From IMG/VR virus record IMGVR_UViG_3300020148_000038: a DNA stretch of 64,000 nt, one strand, 5' to 3'. Of this stretch, positions 63,414 through 64,000 are shown one piece after another (within the stretch, counting starts at the first letter, position 1; the number at the start of each line of letters is the position of its first letter). A model generated the notes under the pieces. It was given only the letters and a program-made list of their open reading frames with translations. It had not been told where the DNA came from and searched no databases. The stretch is from an uncultured virus (IMG/VR IMGVR_UViG_3300020148_000038). Its lineage: Duplodnaviria > Heunggongvirae > Uroviricota > Caudoviricetes. The position numbers and the translations under genes are program-made.

Positions 63414-64000
63414 ATGTCAAACACCGTACCACAACAGAAGGTTGTTTCCAAGAATGGAAGGTCGTTCGTCCAAACTTACCATGTCAACCCCAACGCTAAT
63501 GTTTCTTCACAGAAACGCGATCTTTCTGGAATTGCCCCGTCTGTGCCCAACAAAGGGCACAATGAGTCGCATGCAGACCTCGACCATGCATTAGCATTAT
63601 ACAAAAATCGTTCGTATGGTAATGGTCGTGAACAAGACTTTGTTGATGGTTTTAATGCATGTTATCAAAATGGATTTTCCGATCCCGGACAGGCGTTGCG
63701 AGAAGACGGAAACAGAGACGGTAACAGCGCGGGCTATGCAGGCTATTTTACTGGATTCAGGGCCGCGTTGATAGCAAAGCTTGGACAGGAGCAAGGCAAT
63801 TACTTCACCAACGGTGTTTATCTTAAGACGGATGTGTATTCGGGCGGACTTAGCCAAAGCGATAGTGAGCTATACAAAAACAAAGTGCTTCCCTATAACC
63901 CATTCGTGGCGGGAGATGAAGTATTCATTCCTGCTGGAACCCCGTATGAGACTTCAGACCCTTCTAAGCCTGGTATTCAGTATAGCAAACGTGGACAAAG
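63414..64000 (+). CDS. Variant-leader protein (partial), paralogue of 29610-30380
   Basis: Not in the ORF track (runs off the end); AAGGAG RBS; MSNTVPQQKVVSKNGRSFVQTYHVNP..GFRAA..NPFVAGDEVFIPAGT. Confidence 0.8.
   Translation, partial: MSNTVPQQKVVSKNGRSFVQTYHVNPNANVSSQKRDLSGIAPSVPNKGHNESHADLDHALALYKNRSYGNGREQDFVDGFNACYQNGFSDPGQALREDGNRDGNSAGYAGYFTGFRAALIAKLGQEQGNYFTNGVYLKTDVYSGGLSQSDSELYKNKVLPYNPFVAGDEVFIPAGTPYETSDPSKPGIQYSKRGQ

Noticed and set aside
1..64000. CRISPR array, tRNA or rRNA genes
   Set aside because: No regularly spaced repeats or cloverleaf signatures noticed by eye; repeated DNA corresponds to paralogous coding N-termini. A tRNAscan/Infernal run would be needed to exclude them fully
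1..64000. Alternative genetic code (stop-codon reassignment)
   Set aside because: TAA, TAG and TGA all end coherent genes next to terminators or promoters, and coding density is high in code 11

Overview
A gene-dense 64-kb accessory region of about 85 mostly short genes on both strands, most likely from a very large (jumbo) phage or giant extrachromosomal element of an actinobacterial host. This is an inference: many genes look leaderless, with a -10 box 6-7 nt before the start codon, and no capsid, terminase, polymerase, tRNA or CRISPR is visible. Recognisable products: DnaJ-domain protein, GMP reductase (guaC), RNA-ligase-like adenylyltransferase, four HAD phosphatases, a cyclic-phosphate-processing receiver domain, a pol-beta nucleotidyltransferase, ADP-ribosyltransferase-like proteins, two ParB/Srx-like proteins and a tandem 2OG-Fe(II) oxygenase-like protein. 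The striking content is three dispersed families with matching regulation. (1) About 23 otherwise unrelated proteins share an N-terminal leader (consensus P-T-x-I-V-D-K-N-G-K-x-T-T-V-[HYW]-[KV]) fused to diverse effector-like cargo. Nearly all transcription units of this family are preceded by a non-sigmaA promoter signature, GTCN-N11-TANNNT. This is a candidate late-expressed, signal-addressed protein packaging or delivery system. (2) About 14 helical proteins share a C-terminal G-I-D-x-D-[IV] tail and, where a promoter is visible, sit under TTGxxx-17-TANNNT promoters. (3) Six large proteins have a near-invariant non-canonical type-IV-pilin-like N-terminus and mosaic, variable extracellular C-termini, with evidence of recent sequence exchange between copies. 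Start codons were re-assigned from the ORF track where promoter or RBS evidence supported it.
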